The position numbers were made by a program, and so were the translations under genes. DNA of 64,000 nucleotides from Eledone cirrhosa (lineage: Eukaryota): NCBI GenBank assembly GCA_964016885.1, contig OZ024760.1, forward strand, positions 17,422,001 to 17,486,000, written 5' to 3'. Numbering within the stretch: position 1 is the first letter of the stretch; the number at the start of each line of letters is the position of its first letter. Below the pieces are notes generated by a model. The model was given only the letters and a program-made list of their open reading frames with translations. It had not been told where the DNA came from and made no database searches. Of this stretch, positions 12,777-27,570 are shown one piece after another.

Positions 12777-13519
12777 CTCCATCTCCATCTCTCTCTCTCT
12801 CCCTCTCTTTCTTTATTTCTTTCCTTCCCTCTATCTGTCTGTCTGTCTCTCTCTTTCTCTCTGTCTCTCTTTGTTTCTCTCTTTCTTTCTCTTTCTGTCT
12901 GCCCCCCCCCCCCTCTCTCTCTTTCTGTTTGCCTGTCTCTGTCTCTCTCTCTTTCTTTCTCTCTGTCTGTCGCTCCCTCTCATTTCTCTCTCTTTCTCTC
13001 TTCCACTCTCAGTGTGTCTCTCTCTCTCTCCCCCTCTCTCTCTATATATATATCTATCTATCTTTTTCTCTCTCTCTCTCTCTGTCTGGACTCCCTCCCT
13101 CTCCTTCTCGCCGTCTATCCACCCACCTATTCACCCGACTACCCACCCCCCACCTATCCATTGAGATACAATCTTACAATCAGCTTTGTTTTTAGAATAA
13201 AGCGTTTTATGAATTATTGACATCTTCTACAGTTGGGACAATACCTTCCTGATGTGTCGAAACAGAAAGCAGATAATTCTGAATAAATGTAGATTAATAA
13301 GAAACGAGAAAAAATAGAAGAAGAGGGGGAAAATTCGAACAAGTCTGAGAAACAATAATCTAAGCCAAAGAAAACGTCGAAGTTAATCCGATTGAAGTAG
13401 ATTATATTAAGTGTAACAGACGGAGTTGTAGCTTAAATTGTTTCAAGTTGAAGTTTTTAGCTCGGAATAACTTCCTACACCACCACACCACACACACTCC
13501 ATGCCCGCTGTCTGTCCCC

Positions 13520-13818
13520 GACTCCTTATAAATGCACGGTCTCGTAGTAACTTGTGAGGGAAGTCGTAAGGAGCACCGTATTGACTGACATACAGCTAAG
13601 ACTCCTTATGAACGCATGGTCCTGTAATAACTTCTGAGGGAAGTCGTAAGGGGCACCGTATTGACTGACATACAGCTAAGACTCCTTATGAACGCATGGT
13701 CCTGTAATAACTTCTGAGGGAAGTCGTAAGGGGCACCGTATTGACTGACATACAGCTAAGACTCCTTATGAATGCATGGTCCTGTAATAACTTCTGAGGG
13801 AAGTCGTAAGGGACGCCA
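13520..13818. repeat. 80-bp tandem repeat, about 3.7 copies, within an interspersed repeat fragment
   Basis: GACTCCTTAT recurs at 13520, 13600, 13680 and 13760; the downstream sequence resembles 55985-56060 and 35770-35830. Confidence 0.85.
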
Positions 13819-14200
13819 TTTTTGACATTTACATACGGCGTTTCTAGGGCTTTTCTTTTGTTGTTTTAAACCTGGTTGAGTCCATCTTCTCTCCAGGTCT
13901 GGGAAATTCTTGGGTTGTTGTGTGGTGCTCTTGAACAAAACACTTCATTTCACGTTACTCCATGTTACTTTCATATGGCTTATGTTTTCATTACATTCAG
14001 TCTTCTACTATAATGTCGAGTTTTACCAAAGGTTATGAGTGAAATTTGATCGACGGAAACTAGGGTTGGCGGCCGAAAACAGGACACGTGACTTCATTAC
14101 ATATTGTTTCGGCCATTTATAGAAAAGAGTGGAGACAAGACCAAAGGTTTGAATGTTTCAAATAGATATAACACCATATATTAACTACTGCAACCACTAC

Positions 14201-14279
<79 letters not shown>

Positions 14280-14336
14280 CATACATATATATATATACAT
14301 ACATATATACATACATACATACATACATATATATAC

Positions 14337-14466
<130 letters not shown>

Positions 14467-14572
14467 TTATTATAGTGGATGTCAACCCACCGTGGGTCAA
14501 TATATACATATGTTTCTATATGTCTCTTGTGTTGAAAAGGAGGTCAAGTATGTAAAAAAGTCCACTGAACAA

Positions 14573-14621
14573 TTGCTCCGAAGACTCCAAACCTCAGTTT
14601 GGAAGAAACAATTGTAAGCAA
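14573..14621 (+). ncRNA. Minimal type I hammerhead-like motif with CCGAAGA core variant
   Basis: TTGCT-CCGAAGA-C-TCCAAAC-ctca-GTTTGGA-A-GAAA-CAATTG-TA-AGCAA: 5-bp stem I, 7-bp stem II, palindromic stem III, GUA triplet. Confidence 0.65.
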
Positions 14622-15653
14622 ATAAATGATTTAAACAGAACTTTGATTCATGTAATTTCTATAATTTCTATATATATATATATATACTTATATAATATAC
14701 AGACAGCCACTTATGCCAGCAACAAAGAAGCCAGTCAAATGTAGATAAAGATTTAAATAAATATTGTAAAATGGAAGTTCCTTGGGAAATCTAAAGACGA
14801 TATTTTAAAAATCAATAAGAGAAGTATCGATAGGGAGACTATGACGATAGATTGGATTAGTAAAACACCTTTCATAGAAATTCATTGGAGTAATGTCAAA
14901 AATAAATTCTACCGACGACATTCTTACATATTTTCATGTTGTGTGAATTGAATGAAAATATACTGTACCCTCCTAACACAGACATACATACAGACAGACA
15001 TACACACAGAGACACAGAGACACATACACAGAGACACATACACACACATACATACATACATACATACATACATACAGAGACACAGGCATACATACATACA
15101 GAGACACACAGACACACAGACATACATACATACAGAGACACAGGCATACACACACAGAGACACAGAGACACATACACACACAGACACACAGACATACATA
15201 CAGAGACACAGGCATACATACACAGAGACATAGAGACACATACACACACAGACACACAGACATACACACATGCAGAGAGACAGACATATATACATACAGA
15301 GACACAGAGACACACAGAGACACACAGAGACACACAGACACAGGCATACATACAGAGAGACACATATACAGAGACACATACACACAGACACACAGACATA
15401 CAGACATACATACACACACAGAGACACAGGCATACATACATGCAGAGAGACAGGCATACATACACAGACACATACATACACACAGAGACACAGACATACA
15501 GACACACACAGAGACACAGACATACACACACAGAGACACAGACATATATGTATGATATATATGAATGTGTATATATGTAAGTATATACATATACACACAC
15601 ACAAACGCACACATATATATATATTTGTAACTAATTATATATACACATGTGTG

Positions 15654-15767
<114 letters not shown>

Positions 15768-16000
15768 ATCTTAAAGATAAGAAAATGTCATTTCGGATTC
15801 ACAACCTAATTAAATGATCTAATTATGATGTCAATTAAATTATAAAATAATGAATTAAAGATGACTTCATTAAGTCAATTCTAATATATTTTATCTTGGA
15901 ATAATTATTATCTAAAAATCTATTAATTGTTTGTTCAGAAGAGAAAGGAGAAATTCTGAACTTTTTCGTCAGCCATTTATATTTCCTGGCCTGTCGCAAG

Positions 16001-16054
16001 GTGGGCAATTGTTGTGGGTCCCCCCACTGAAGGGGACCCACAACAATTGCCCAC
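16001..16054. repeat. 23-bp perfect inverted repeat
   Basis: GTGGGCAATTGTTGTGGGTCCCC ... GGGGACCCACAACAATTGCCCAC. Confidence 0.9.
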
Positions 16055-16466
16055 TATATAATTGTGCTCTCATCTGAGGTTTTGTACTTTTATTATAGCA
16101 TGGTCAGAATTTTTTACTTTAATACCTGTCGTTTATATAACGTTTGAATTCCAATTTCTTGCATCAAGCTAACTTTGATATGTAAAATTGGGTGGATAGG
16201 GGTTGCTGTGTATTCTAATTTTTTGTTTATGAAGGTCCCCCCCCCCCCCCAATCTGAAGTGCCCCGAGCCTTTCAAGGTCTAAACCCAACCATGCCTGTC
16301 GCCCCATCCTAGGCAATGAACCTGTCACCCTCTCTGTTTTCCGCTGCCTAATAGTCGTTGCTCTTTCCCTCCTTTTCTTCACATTTATGAAATTTATAGC
16401 CCTTTCCTCTACTTTCCTCTACTTTCCTCTACTTTCCTATACAGCCAGATCTGCCCTTCTTTAGCC

Positions 16467-16745
16467 TTTCTTCTTCTTCTTCTTCTTCTTCTTCTTCTTC
16501 TTCTTCTTCTTCTTCTTCTTCTTCTTCTTCTTCTTCTTCTCCTTCTTCTTCTTCTTCGCTCACTTACTCCTGAGAGGGTTGGACGAGCAGAGTCCTCAAA
16601 CATTCCTTCCAGCGGGTCCTGTCAGAAGCAACCGTCCCTAACTGATCCGGCTGGATCCCCAAGTGCTCGGGGTGGGGTCTACTCCATATGTCTCCGTCAT
16701 AGTATCGGAGCTGTGATCTCTCAATTTGGAGAAGTAGCAGCTCTA
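16467..16745 (-). mobile_element. RTE-clade LINE 3' end with (AAG)n tail
   Basis: Translation LGIQPDQLGTVASDRTRWKECLRTLL resembles the C-terminus of RTE (Rex3/Expander-like) ORFs and is followed by (AAG)n. Related copies lie at about 27805-27925, 28360-28460 and 34170-34380. Confidence 0.65.
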
Positions 16746-17014
16746 CCGTCACCACCACCACTATAACACCACCACCGCAACCACCGTCACCACCACCACT
16801 ATAACACCACCACCGCAACCACCGTCACCACCACCACTATAACACCACCACCGCAACCACCGTCACCACCACCACTATAACACCACCACCACCATCACCA
16901 CCGTCACCACCACCACCACTATAACAACACCACCACCACTATAACGCCACCACCACCACCACTACACCACGTCTCAGTGCCAGGTGATCAGTCACTAAAA
17001 CGAAGAGGCCATCT

Positions 17015-17108
17015 GTTGTCATGGGAACAATTCGGTCATGGTGATTGCATCGACGTTGTCATAGTAACTGCTCGGTCATGGACATTGCTTCTCCGTTGTC
17101 ATGGAAAT
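17015..17108. promoter_or_regulatory. Three RFX X-box-like motifs at exact 40-bp period
   Basis: GTTGTCATGGGAAC (17015), GTTGTCATAGTAAC (17055) and GTTGTCATGGAAAT (17095), compared with the X-box GTTGCCATGGCAAC. Confidence 0.4.
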
Positions 17109-17756
17109 GGTTGGATCGTTAAAGAAGAATCGACTCTATAATGTTGTGGTGGTGGTGGTGGTGGTGTTATAGTGGTGGTAGTGGTGGTTGTGGTGGTGGT
17201 AGTATAGGTGTTGTGGTGGTGGTAGTGATAGTGGTGGCGGTGGTAGTAGTGGTGTTGGTGTTAGCAGTGGTGGTGTTGGTGTTAGTGTTAGCAGTGGTGG
17301 TGTTATAGTGGTGTTGGTGGTGTTGTAGCGGTGGTAGTGGTGGTGGTGGTGGTGGTGGTGGTGGTAGTGTTGGTAGTGTTGTTGGTGGTGGTAGTGGAGG
17401 TGGTGGTAGTGGTGGTGGCGGTGGTGGTGTTATAGTGGTGGTAGTGATGGTGGAGGTGGTGGTGGTAGTAGTGTTGGTGGTGGGGGTTAAAGAGCCGGTA
17501 GACACCAATACCGTCTCTTTAGAAGTATTTCAAGCTATATCTAGACGTTTAAACTAATTGGTTGACTTAAGAAATATTGGAAAAAATTGGAAATTTGAAA
17601 TGTGTGCCTCCCAACGTAAATGACCATAGTAATAGTCCATAATAAATAATAGTTGAGAAAATCGGGCAATGTACCCACAAGGACGGGGAAAATGTACAGG
17701 GGTGCCTCTACATACATACAGACATACATACATACGCACATACATATATAAATACC

Positions 17757-17802
<46 letters not shown>

Positions 17803-17804
<2 letters not shown>

Positions 17805-17980
17805 TACATGGACACACTAGAAGAGGAAGACCAAGGTTAACATATGTTGATGCCCTAAGGACAGACACTGGTCTGTTGGAGATGCAGGATATGGCAGCGA
17901 TAATGAGGGACAGAGACCGCTGGAGAGAACTCGTCCATGGATCTCGGGAATTTTACCCGCCTTAGATAGATAGATAGATA
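17803..17980 (+). mobile_element. RTE/RTE-X-like LINE 3' end with (TAGA)n tail
   Basis: HGHTRRGRPRLTYVDALRTDTGL...MRDRDRWR matches the RGRP...DR..WR C-terminal pattern of RTE-type ORFs; near-identical to 32700-32870. Confidence 0.75.
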
Positions 17981-18007
17981 TATATCACTTATATATTATG
18001 AAATACT

Positions 18008-18111
18008 TGTTTCTACTTTAGGCACAAGGCCAGCAATTACCCAGTGCATTACTGGTACTTTATTTTATCGACCCCGTAAGGATGAAAGGCAAAGCCAACC
18101 TCGGCGGGATT
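18008..18111 (-). mobile_element. 5'-truncated SINE with 9-bp target-site duplication
   Basis: TGAAATACT at 17999-18007 and 18112-18120 flanks the SINE 3' part. Uninterrupted versions of the host sequence occur at about 7003, 41645 and 42330. Confidence 0.8.
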
Positions 18112-19532
18112 TGAAATACTGTTGGCTTCTTGCTCACATTAATTTCTATATTTTCATTTATATATATATATATATATACAAACATATATATATATATATA
18201 CATATATACATACATAGATATATACATACATACATACACATATATACGTTCATATATACATACATACGTATACAAACATACATACATCCATCCACCCATA
18301 CATACATGCATACATAGACACATGCTTATATACAAACACACACATTCTCTCACTCCTCTCTTTTTGTACCCATCTCACCCCTCTCTCTCTCTGTACCTAT
18401 CTCTCACCCCCTCTCTCTGTACCTATATCTCACTCCTCTCTCTCTGTACCTACCCCCCTGTCTCTCTCTGTACCTATCTCTCCATCTTTCTCTATCTGTA
18501 CCTATCTCCTCCTCTCTCTGTACTTATTTCTCACCCTCTTTTTCTCTCTTGCTCTCTCTCCCTATCTGTAACTATCTCCCCCCTCTCTCTGTACCTACCC
18601 CCTCTCTCTCTACCTATCTCTTTACCTATCTCTCACTCTCTCTACCTATTTCCACCCTCTCTCTCCGTACATATCTCCCCCTCTCTCTGTACCTATACCC
18701 CCTCTCTCTACCTATCTCTCACCCTCTCTCATACAGTCTTACAATACACCTGCCTCTCTGATCCTCGCCATTCATATAAGTCTGTAAACGTCTGTATGTG
18801 TGGCTGGCTGTGCCACACTGACTTAGACTCTCTGTATGTGTGTGTGTGTGCGTGTGTGTATGTGTGGGTATGTGTCTGTGTATGTGTGTGTGTATATGTA
18901 CGTGTGTGGGTATGTGTCTGTGTGTGTATGAGTGCGTATATGTATGTGTGTGCTTGCGTGTTTATTGGACTGAGACGTATGTGTGTGTGTGTGTGTGAGT
19001 GTATATGTATTGTGTATATATATATATATATGTGTGTGTGGTTATGTGTGCGTGTGTGTTTATTGGAATGAGACGTATAGGAAGATAAAGAGAGCATTAC
19101 TACACACACACACATAGATACACATTGACACCACACATACACACTACACACATACATGCATATACACACATACATACACGCCAAGCCACACCACGCACAT
19201 ACACCCCATATTGACACATACACTACATATACACTGACATTAACACCTCACACACCACAGACACACACATATATCACATACACAAACAACACACGTCACA
19301 CACATACACCACACACGTCACACGCACACACACACTCACAGCTGAATAAAAAGATAGAATTCAGCTCTCTCTCTGTCACCTTTTTCTGGAAGAGACAAGG
19401 CGAAGACGGGGAGATAACTCTAGTTGGACTCTGTTAAAAAACACAAAAGAGTGAAAAAAAGAAAGAAACGAGGCAAACATAAACGGCGTTCTTGTTTCGT
19501 TAAGTTAAGTGAGACGTGTTGATGTGACGGTA

Positions 19533-19546
19533 GCGACATCTGGTGG
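19533..19546 (-). promoter_or_regulatory. CTCF-like motif
   Basis: Minus strand CCACCAGATGTCGC resembles the CTCF core and lies in a short unique island between microsatellites. Confidence 0.3.
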
Positions 19547-20181
19547 GCGGAGCATGTTAAAAATGTATGTGTGTATGTGTGGAATTGTGTGTGTGTATGT
19601 GTGGAATTGTGTACGTGTGTGTATGTGGAATTATGTGTGTGTGTGTGTGTGTGTAGTTGTGTGTGTGTGTGTGTTGACTTGTGTGCCTATGTGTGTGGAT
19701 ATGTGTGTCTGTTTGTGTGGGTGCCTGTGAATATATGTGTGTGTGTATGTATGTTTGTGGGTGCGTATGTGTATGTCTGCATGTGTGTATGTTTGTGTCT
19801 GGATGTGTATGTGTACCCGTGTGTGCATGTGTGTGTGTGTCCATGTGTGCCTGTCTGCATGTATGTGTACCCGTGTACATGTGTGTGTGTCTATGTATGC
19901 TTGTGTGGGTATCTGCATATGTGTGTGTATATGTGCCTGTGTCTGCATGTGTGTATGTATGTGTATGTATAAATATGTGTGCCTGTGTCTGCACGAATAT
20001 GTGTATGGTGTTTAGGAAGTGAGGAGGGTGTGGCAATCTAATGTTGGTAGTTAGTGGGGACGGAGGAGAAGCGCCTGTGATTGTAGCCTCGTTGTAGTAG
20101 TAGTAGTAGTAGTAGTAGTACAACTAATACTAGTAACAGCAGTAGTAGTGGTAGTAGTACTAGTAGCAGTAGTAGTAGCAG

Positions 20182-20216
<35 letters not shown>

Positions 20217-20252
20217 GTAGTAACAGTGGTAGTAGTATTGGTGGCAGTAGTG

Positions 20253-20283
<31 letters not shown>

Positions 20284-20316
20284 TAGTAATAGTAATGGTA
20301 GTAGTAGTAGTAGTAA

Positions 20317-20351
<35 letters not shown>

Positions 20352-20352
20352 A

Positions 20353-20385
<33 letters not shown>

Positions 20386-20524
20386 CGGCCAACATGACAT
20401 TTTAGCGATATTTACGACTACATCCATTCTCTAATGTTTTTACGATATTTTGTCAGATTTGGCTGCTATTGCTAACAGATCGAGCGACCACTTAGAGTCT
20501 CACACATTCATTGACTCTCCGTTA

Positions 20525-20582
<58 letters not shown>

Positions 20583-20719
20583 TGTTGTAGTAGTTGTAGT
20601 GGTTGTAGTGGTAGTTGTAGTGGTAGGAAGATGAGTAGGTTGAAGTAGATAATATATAATATATATATTTGTATATATATACACACGTATCTATAACCGT
20701 ATCTATATATCTCTCTCTA

Positions 20720-20808
<89 letters not shown>

Positions 20809-20848
20809 TGAGAGAGAGAGAGAGAAAGAGAGATATATATAGATACGG

Positions 20849-20922
<74 letters not shown>

Positions 20923-21847
20923 GCTCACAAACACGCATACTTACAAGAATATACATACACACTGACAAATTCACACACATATACACACACACATAGAAAC
21001 TCATAAATATACACATACATATATATACCCACATACATATATACACACATACATATATACACACATACATATGCACGCATAAAGAACCGAGTTAGTTTGT
21101 TGTTGTTGTTGGGTGGTGCTGTCGGTTTTGCCAACAACTTATGTGTTATTATTTTAGTTTTCACAACAGAGACGAGAGGAGTTGTGACGGTGTCTGGTCT
21201 CTGGTCATACCAGATCTCACCCAACGGACGGACATGGTTGGACACGGATGGAGCGACGAATTGACACGGACTAGCTGCTACTAATAAACCCATGGATACA
21301 AGTTCGAATCCGGCAGTGTCAATATATTTTTGTTAATCTTACAACTGTAAGTAAATATTTTAGTGATAGAAGCCAAACGGGTGAAGAAGGTATTATACAT
21401 ATCTTACCAACGGTTGGACGGACACGGGTGGACACGGATGAAACGACAAATGGACAGGGATTAGCTGCTATTGATAACTCATCGATACGAGTTCGAACCC
21501 AGCTGTTCAATCGGTAGTTTTCAATGTTGTTTTATTAATCTTATATTTATGATATTCAACAACGATTAAAGTCGTGTGTGAAGTGTAGAAAATGGTTTCA
21601 CATAACAAAACATTACACATAGTACTGCTGCTATTACAACAAACCAACCAGTAATTAACTGTGGTTAGAGGTTTGTTTCTGATTTGTCAACCTATATTCT
21701 GAGAACTGTTACCACCACAACCATTAACCATCTACTTACTACATCTTATTAATATTGTATGTCCGTAAGTATTCATATATTTTCATTGCGTGTTTTCGTG
21801 ACTGCGCAGCGAGGCAACTAACTGTTGCGTGCGACTTAGACACAAAA

Positions 21848-22355
21848 TAATTGTTTCTACTTTTGGTACAAGCCTAGCAATTACCCCAGTGTATTACTGG
21901 TGCTTTATTTTATCGACCCTGTAACGATGAAAGCCAAAACTAACCTCTGCGGGATTAGAACTCTAACCGTAAAATTCAATGATGATTATGGGTATACAAA
22001 ATAATTGTTTCTACTTTAGGCACAAGGTCAGCAATAACCACCAGTGTATTACTGGTACTTTATTTTATCAACCCTGTAAGGATGAAAGTCAAAGTTAACC
22101 GCGGCGGGATTTGAACTCAGACCGTAAAGTTCAACGATGATTAAGGGTATACTTGATAATGGATATATAATTGTTTCTACTATTGGCACAAGGCCAGCAA
22201 ATAACCCAGTACATTACTGGTACTTTATTTTATCGACCCCGTAAGGATGAAAGTCAAAGTTAACCTCGGCGGGATTTGAACTCAGATCGTAAAGGGCCGT
22301 AACTCTTTGCTTGCATAGCATGGCGTCCGACCCTCTACCGATACTGCCAATCCAA
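21848..22355 (-). mobile_element. Three tandem SINE copies
   Basis: ATAATTGTTTCTACT...GGCACAAGG...TTTATCGACCCCGTAAGGATGAAAG...GGGATTTGAACTC starts near 21849, 22001 and 22167. Confidence 0.85.
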
Positions 22356-22827
22356 ATGATGTTATATGTTGTTTCTTAAATTATATTCTTTATCTATACC
22401 AGTGTTCTACTCGGGATTGATATGACCCCCCCCTCCCCTTCACCCCCTCGCCCCACATGCCTATACCTGGCTCCACTCCCTATACAACATGTGTTGTAAT
22501 TCTGGTAGAATCGATAGATGACAAGCAAGTGGTATATATGTTTATTATAGTTGTCTTTTGACAGGACAATGGTGGAATTCCTAACAATAAGTGGTTTTAG
22601 AGGCGAGAAATTTTAGATTCGATTTCGAATCTTCGCCAGGTAAAACATGGTAGGACTCTGTTAGAGATCGATGGGTTTAAAATGTTTTTTGTTAAAATGT
22701 TTCCAGCAATATTTGTTGCGACTCTTTACGCACTGAGTTCAAATCGTGCCGAGGTCAACTTTGCTTTTCATCCTTCCGAGGGTGGTGGGGTCGGGGGGGG
22801 GGGGGGGGGGTCTATAAAATATATAAT

Positions 22828-23014
22828 TGTTTCTACTTCAGGCACAAGGCCAGCAATTATCTCAGTGCATTACTGGTACTTTATTTTATCGACCCCGTAA
22901 GGATGAAAGGCAAAGTCAACCTCGGCGGGATTTGAACTCAGATCGTAAAGGGACGTAACTCTATGGTGGAAAGCATGGCGTCCGACCCTCTACCGATACT
23001 GCCAATCCACCGCC
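22828..23014 (-). mobile_element. Full-length SINE with 16-bp TSD, nested in an older plus-strand SINE (about 22715-23135)
   Basis: CTATAAAATATATAAT at 22812-22827 and 23015-23030; host SINE B-box upstream and tail downstream. Confidence 0.85.
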
Positions 23015-24053
23015 CTATAAAATATATAATACCAGTCAAATACTGGGGTTTATTTGATCGATTTTTCTCTTCCCCGCTCTCCATACACCCCCCCCCCCCC
23101 AAAAAAAAAAATTCTGGCCTTGTGCCTAAATTAGAAACTACTACTACAACCACTATTACCATGACAACCACCACACCGCCACCATCAGCGACATCACCAC
23201 AACTGCCACCACAACCACAACCATCACCACCAGCATCACAACCACTGCCACCACCACAACCACTAACACCACCACCATATATGTATATGCATGTATATGT
23301 ATGTATATATATATGTATGTATATGTATGTATATGCATGTATGTATATGTATGTATGTGTATGTATATGTATGTATGTATATGTATGTATATGTATGTAT
23401 GTATATGTATGTATATGTATATGTATGTATATGTATGTATATGTATATGTATGTATATGTATGTATATGTATGTATGTATATGTATGTATGTATATGTAT
23501 GTATATGTATGTATATGTATATGTGTGTATATGTATATGTATATATATGTATGTATGTGTGTGTATGTTTATGTATGTATATGTATGTATATGTATATGT
23601 ATGTATATGTATGTATATGTATGTATATGTATGTATATGTATATGTATGTATATGTATGTATATGTATGTATATGTATGTATGTATGTGTATGTATATGT
23701 ATGTATATGTATATATATGTATATGTGTGTATATGTATATGTATGTATATGTATGTATGTATATGTATGTATATGTATGTATGTATATGTATGTATGTAT
23801 ATGTATGTATATGTATGTATGTATATGTATGTATATGTATGTATATGTATGTATATGTATGTATATGTATGTATGTATGTGTATGTATATGTATGTATAT
23901 GTATGTATGTATATGTATATATATGTGTGTATATGTATATGTATATATATGTATATGTATATGTGTGTATGTGTGTGTTATCAATTCAATAAATCCGAAG
24001 AGTTATAAACTTCACTTCTCTTGTCACTGACACACCTACAGTAGCGCTTGTGT

Positions 24054-24175
<122 letters not shown>

Positions 24176-24176
24176 G

Positions 24177-24300
<124 letters not shown>

Positions 24301-25395
24301 AACAGATATACTTACATACACACAGATACACCTATACATACACATACGCACATACATAATCCTATACATACACAGATATGCACACTCATACAGACACATA
24401 TACACCCATGCATACACATACAGACATATATACATACCCATACATACACATACAGACATATATACACAACCATACATACACATACAGACATATATACACA
24501 CCCATACATACACATACAGACATATATACACACCCATACATACACATACAGACATATATACACAACCATACATACACATACAGACATATATACACACCCA
24601 TACATACACATACAGACATATATACACACCCATACATACACATACAGACATATATACACAACCATACATACACATACAGACATATATACACACCCATACA
24701 TACACATACAGACATATATACACACCCATACATACACATACAGACATATATACACACCCATACATACACATACAGACATATATACACAACCATACATACA
24801 CATACAGACATATATACACACCCATACATACACATACAGACATATATACACACCCATACATACACATACAGACATATATACACACCCATACATACACATA
24901 CAGACATATATACACACCCATACATACACATACAGACATATATACACACCCATACATACACATACAGACATATATACATACCCATACATACACATACAGA
25001 CATATATACACACCCATACATACATATATACACACCCATACATACACATACAGACATATATACACACCCATACATACATATATACACACCCATACATACA
25101 CATACAGACATATATACACCCATACATACACATACAGACATATATACATACCCATACATACACATATATATATATATACACATACAGACATATATACACA
25201 CCCATACATACACATACAGACATATATACACACCCATACATACACATATATATATATACATCCACTCTACCCCTGCGAGTGTAAGTAAATATTTTGCATG
25301 GCTGACATACTAGGTTGAACAGAGGTATATAGAAGTCAAACGGGTGAAGATTATTTGTTTAAGTATTATATATATACGTATATATACATTCACAT

Positions 25396-25438
<43 letters not shown>

Positions 25439-25441
25439 CAG

Positions 25442-25504
<63 letters not shown>

Positions 25505-25547
25505 CATACACACACACACACACACACACATATATGTATATGTAAAC

Positions 25548-25595
<48 letters not shown>

Positions 25596-25689
25596 ATGTA
25601 TGTATGTATGTATGTATGTATATATATATATAAATATGTGTGTTTATGTAGAATGTATCAGCTGCCATATATATATATATATATACAAT

Positions 25690-25810
<121 letters not shown>

Positions 25811-26295
25811 CTCCCCACATCTTTATTGCGAACTTTAACTGCTCCCTTCTAACAAGAGCCCCTCTCTATGAAGCCCTAACAGTGGGTACCAAGTTTGGCA
25901 ACACTCCAGTAGAACTACCCAACAAGCTAAGTACCTCTCATCACCGTATACCCCTTTTTAAAAAAGAAAACACCCAGCGAATGATGTGAGCGTACTCCAG
26001 GGTCCCCCCCCCCCCAAGGGGGGTGGGGGATTCGGTAATTTTTTTACGATGAATTTTACGATGAAAGGGTCCTCAGAACTTAACTAGCACAGGGCCTTAT
26101 TTGTCCTAAATTTAGCATTGGTCGTAAGACTTTGGAACATAGTTCAAATGCATATTTTAACGACAGCAACAGTTGAGTCAATCATATTGGTGGCCCCGCC
26201 TCACAGCCCCGGCGGACACAATGGAGAAGGTGTTTCCCATACCATCCTCCGGGGAAACGCCTTCTATATATATGTATATATATATATATATATAT

Positions 26296-26505
26296 AACAA
26301 AGGAATTGTGGTAAGGAACCAGATGGACCATAACGCACCAGAGTACTCAATACTTAGAGTAGTAGAGTGGGAAATAGGAAAAAGTATGACCCCGACGGCA
26401 GAGCTCAAGCCGTTTCGACGGCTATTTCTGGACTAAAATTCTGAATTTTAGTCCAGAAATAGCCGTTGAAACGGCTTGAGCTCTGCCGTCGGGGTTATAC
26501 TTTTT

Positions 26506-26509
<4 letters not shown>
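26296..26509. mobile_element. Fold-back non-autonomous element in (TA)n (family A, putative Penelope pLTR remnant)
   Basis: About 80-bp tail (AACAAAGGAATTGTGGTAAGGAACCAGATGGACCATAACGCA...) plus inverted arms of about 65 bp centred near 26441. Homologues at 28039, 29168, 39296 and 46293. Confidence 0.75.
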
Positions 26510-26560
<51 letters not shown>

Positions 26561-26636
26561 ATATTCATATATATGTATATTCATATATATATATATTAAT
26601 AGAATGGTGATGATGAATATATATATATATATGTAT

Positions 26637-26747
<111 letters not shown>

Positions 26748-26801
26748 TCATCACCATTCTATTAATGTCGATATAATTCTTATATCGATATTATTTGGGC
26801 A

Positions 26802-26925
26802 TCCACTGATGAGTTTATAAGATCCCGCTTGTGTATAAAACTATGGATTATATACAAGTTTCTACATAACCTGGACATTATTTATCCCAAATTGTAGAAA
26901 TCTTATAACGAAACGTCCGCCTGGA
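26802..26925 (+). ncRNA. Type I hammerhead-like motif with about 97-nt branched stem II (cleavage-site variant GCC)
   Basis: TCCA-CTGATGA-GTTTATAAGAT...ATCTTATAAC-GAAA-CG-tc-CG-CC-TGGA, with two internal hairpins inside stem II. Confidence 0.6.
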
Positions 26926-27245
26926 AGTTAAGAGATATTTATTTAATAATGTCTCATATAAAATAATACAACCAGCTCTGCACGCAATACTGATTAGTTA
27001 GCAGCCCAAACTCTAAATTGGGATAATACTTAAGTATATCCTAATGTTTGTTGAGTGAGATGGAGTTGGTTGGAGTATCGCTTAAGGCTTTCTCTGTTTA
27101 TGTATTGAGTATAAATATATATGTGTGTATTCATATATATGTATATATTCATATATGTGTATATATTCATATATATGTATATATTCATATATATTTATAT
27201 TCATATATATGTATATATTCATATATATGTATATATTCATATATT

Positions 27246-27278
<33 letters not shown>

Positions 27279-27345
27279 CAATCATGATTCAAATCTGGAT
27301 AGAATCTTCAAATATATTCATATATATATATTCATACACACACAC

Positions 27346-27424
<79 letters not shown>

Positions 27425-27516
27425 AATATATATATATGAATATATATATATATATATATATACAAATATATGAATATATACAATATAAGAATACATACAC
27501 ACAGACACACACACAC

Positions 27517-27570
<54 letters not shown>

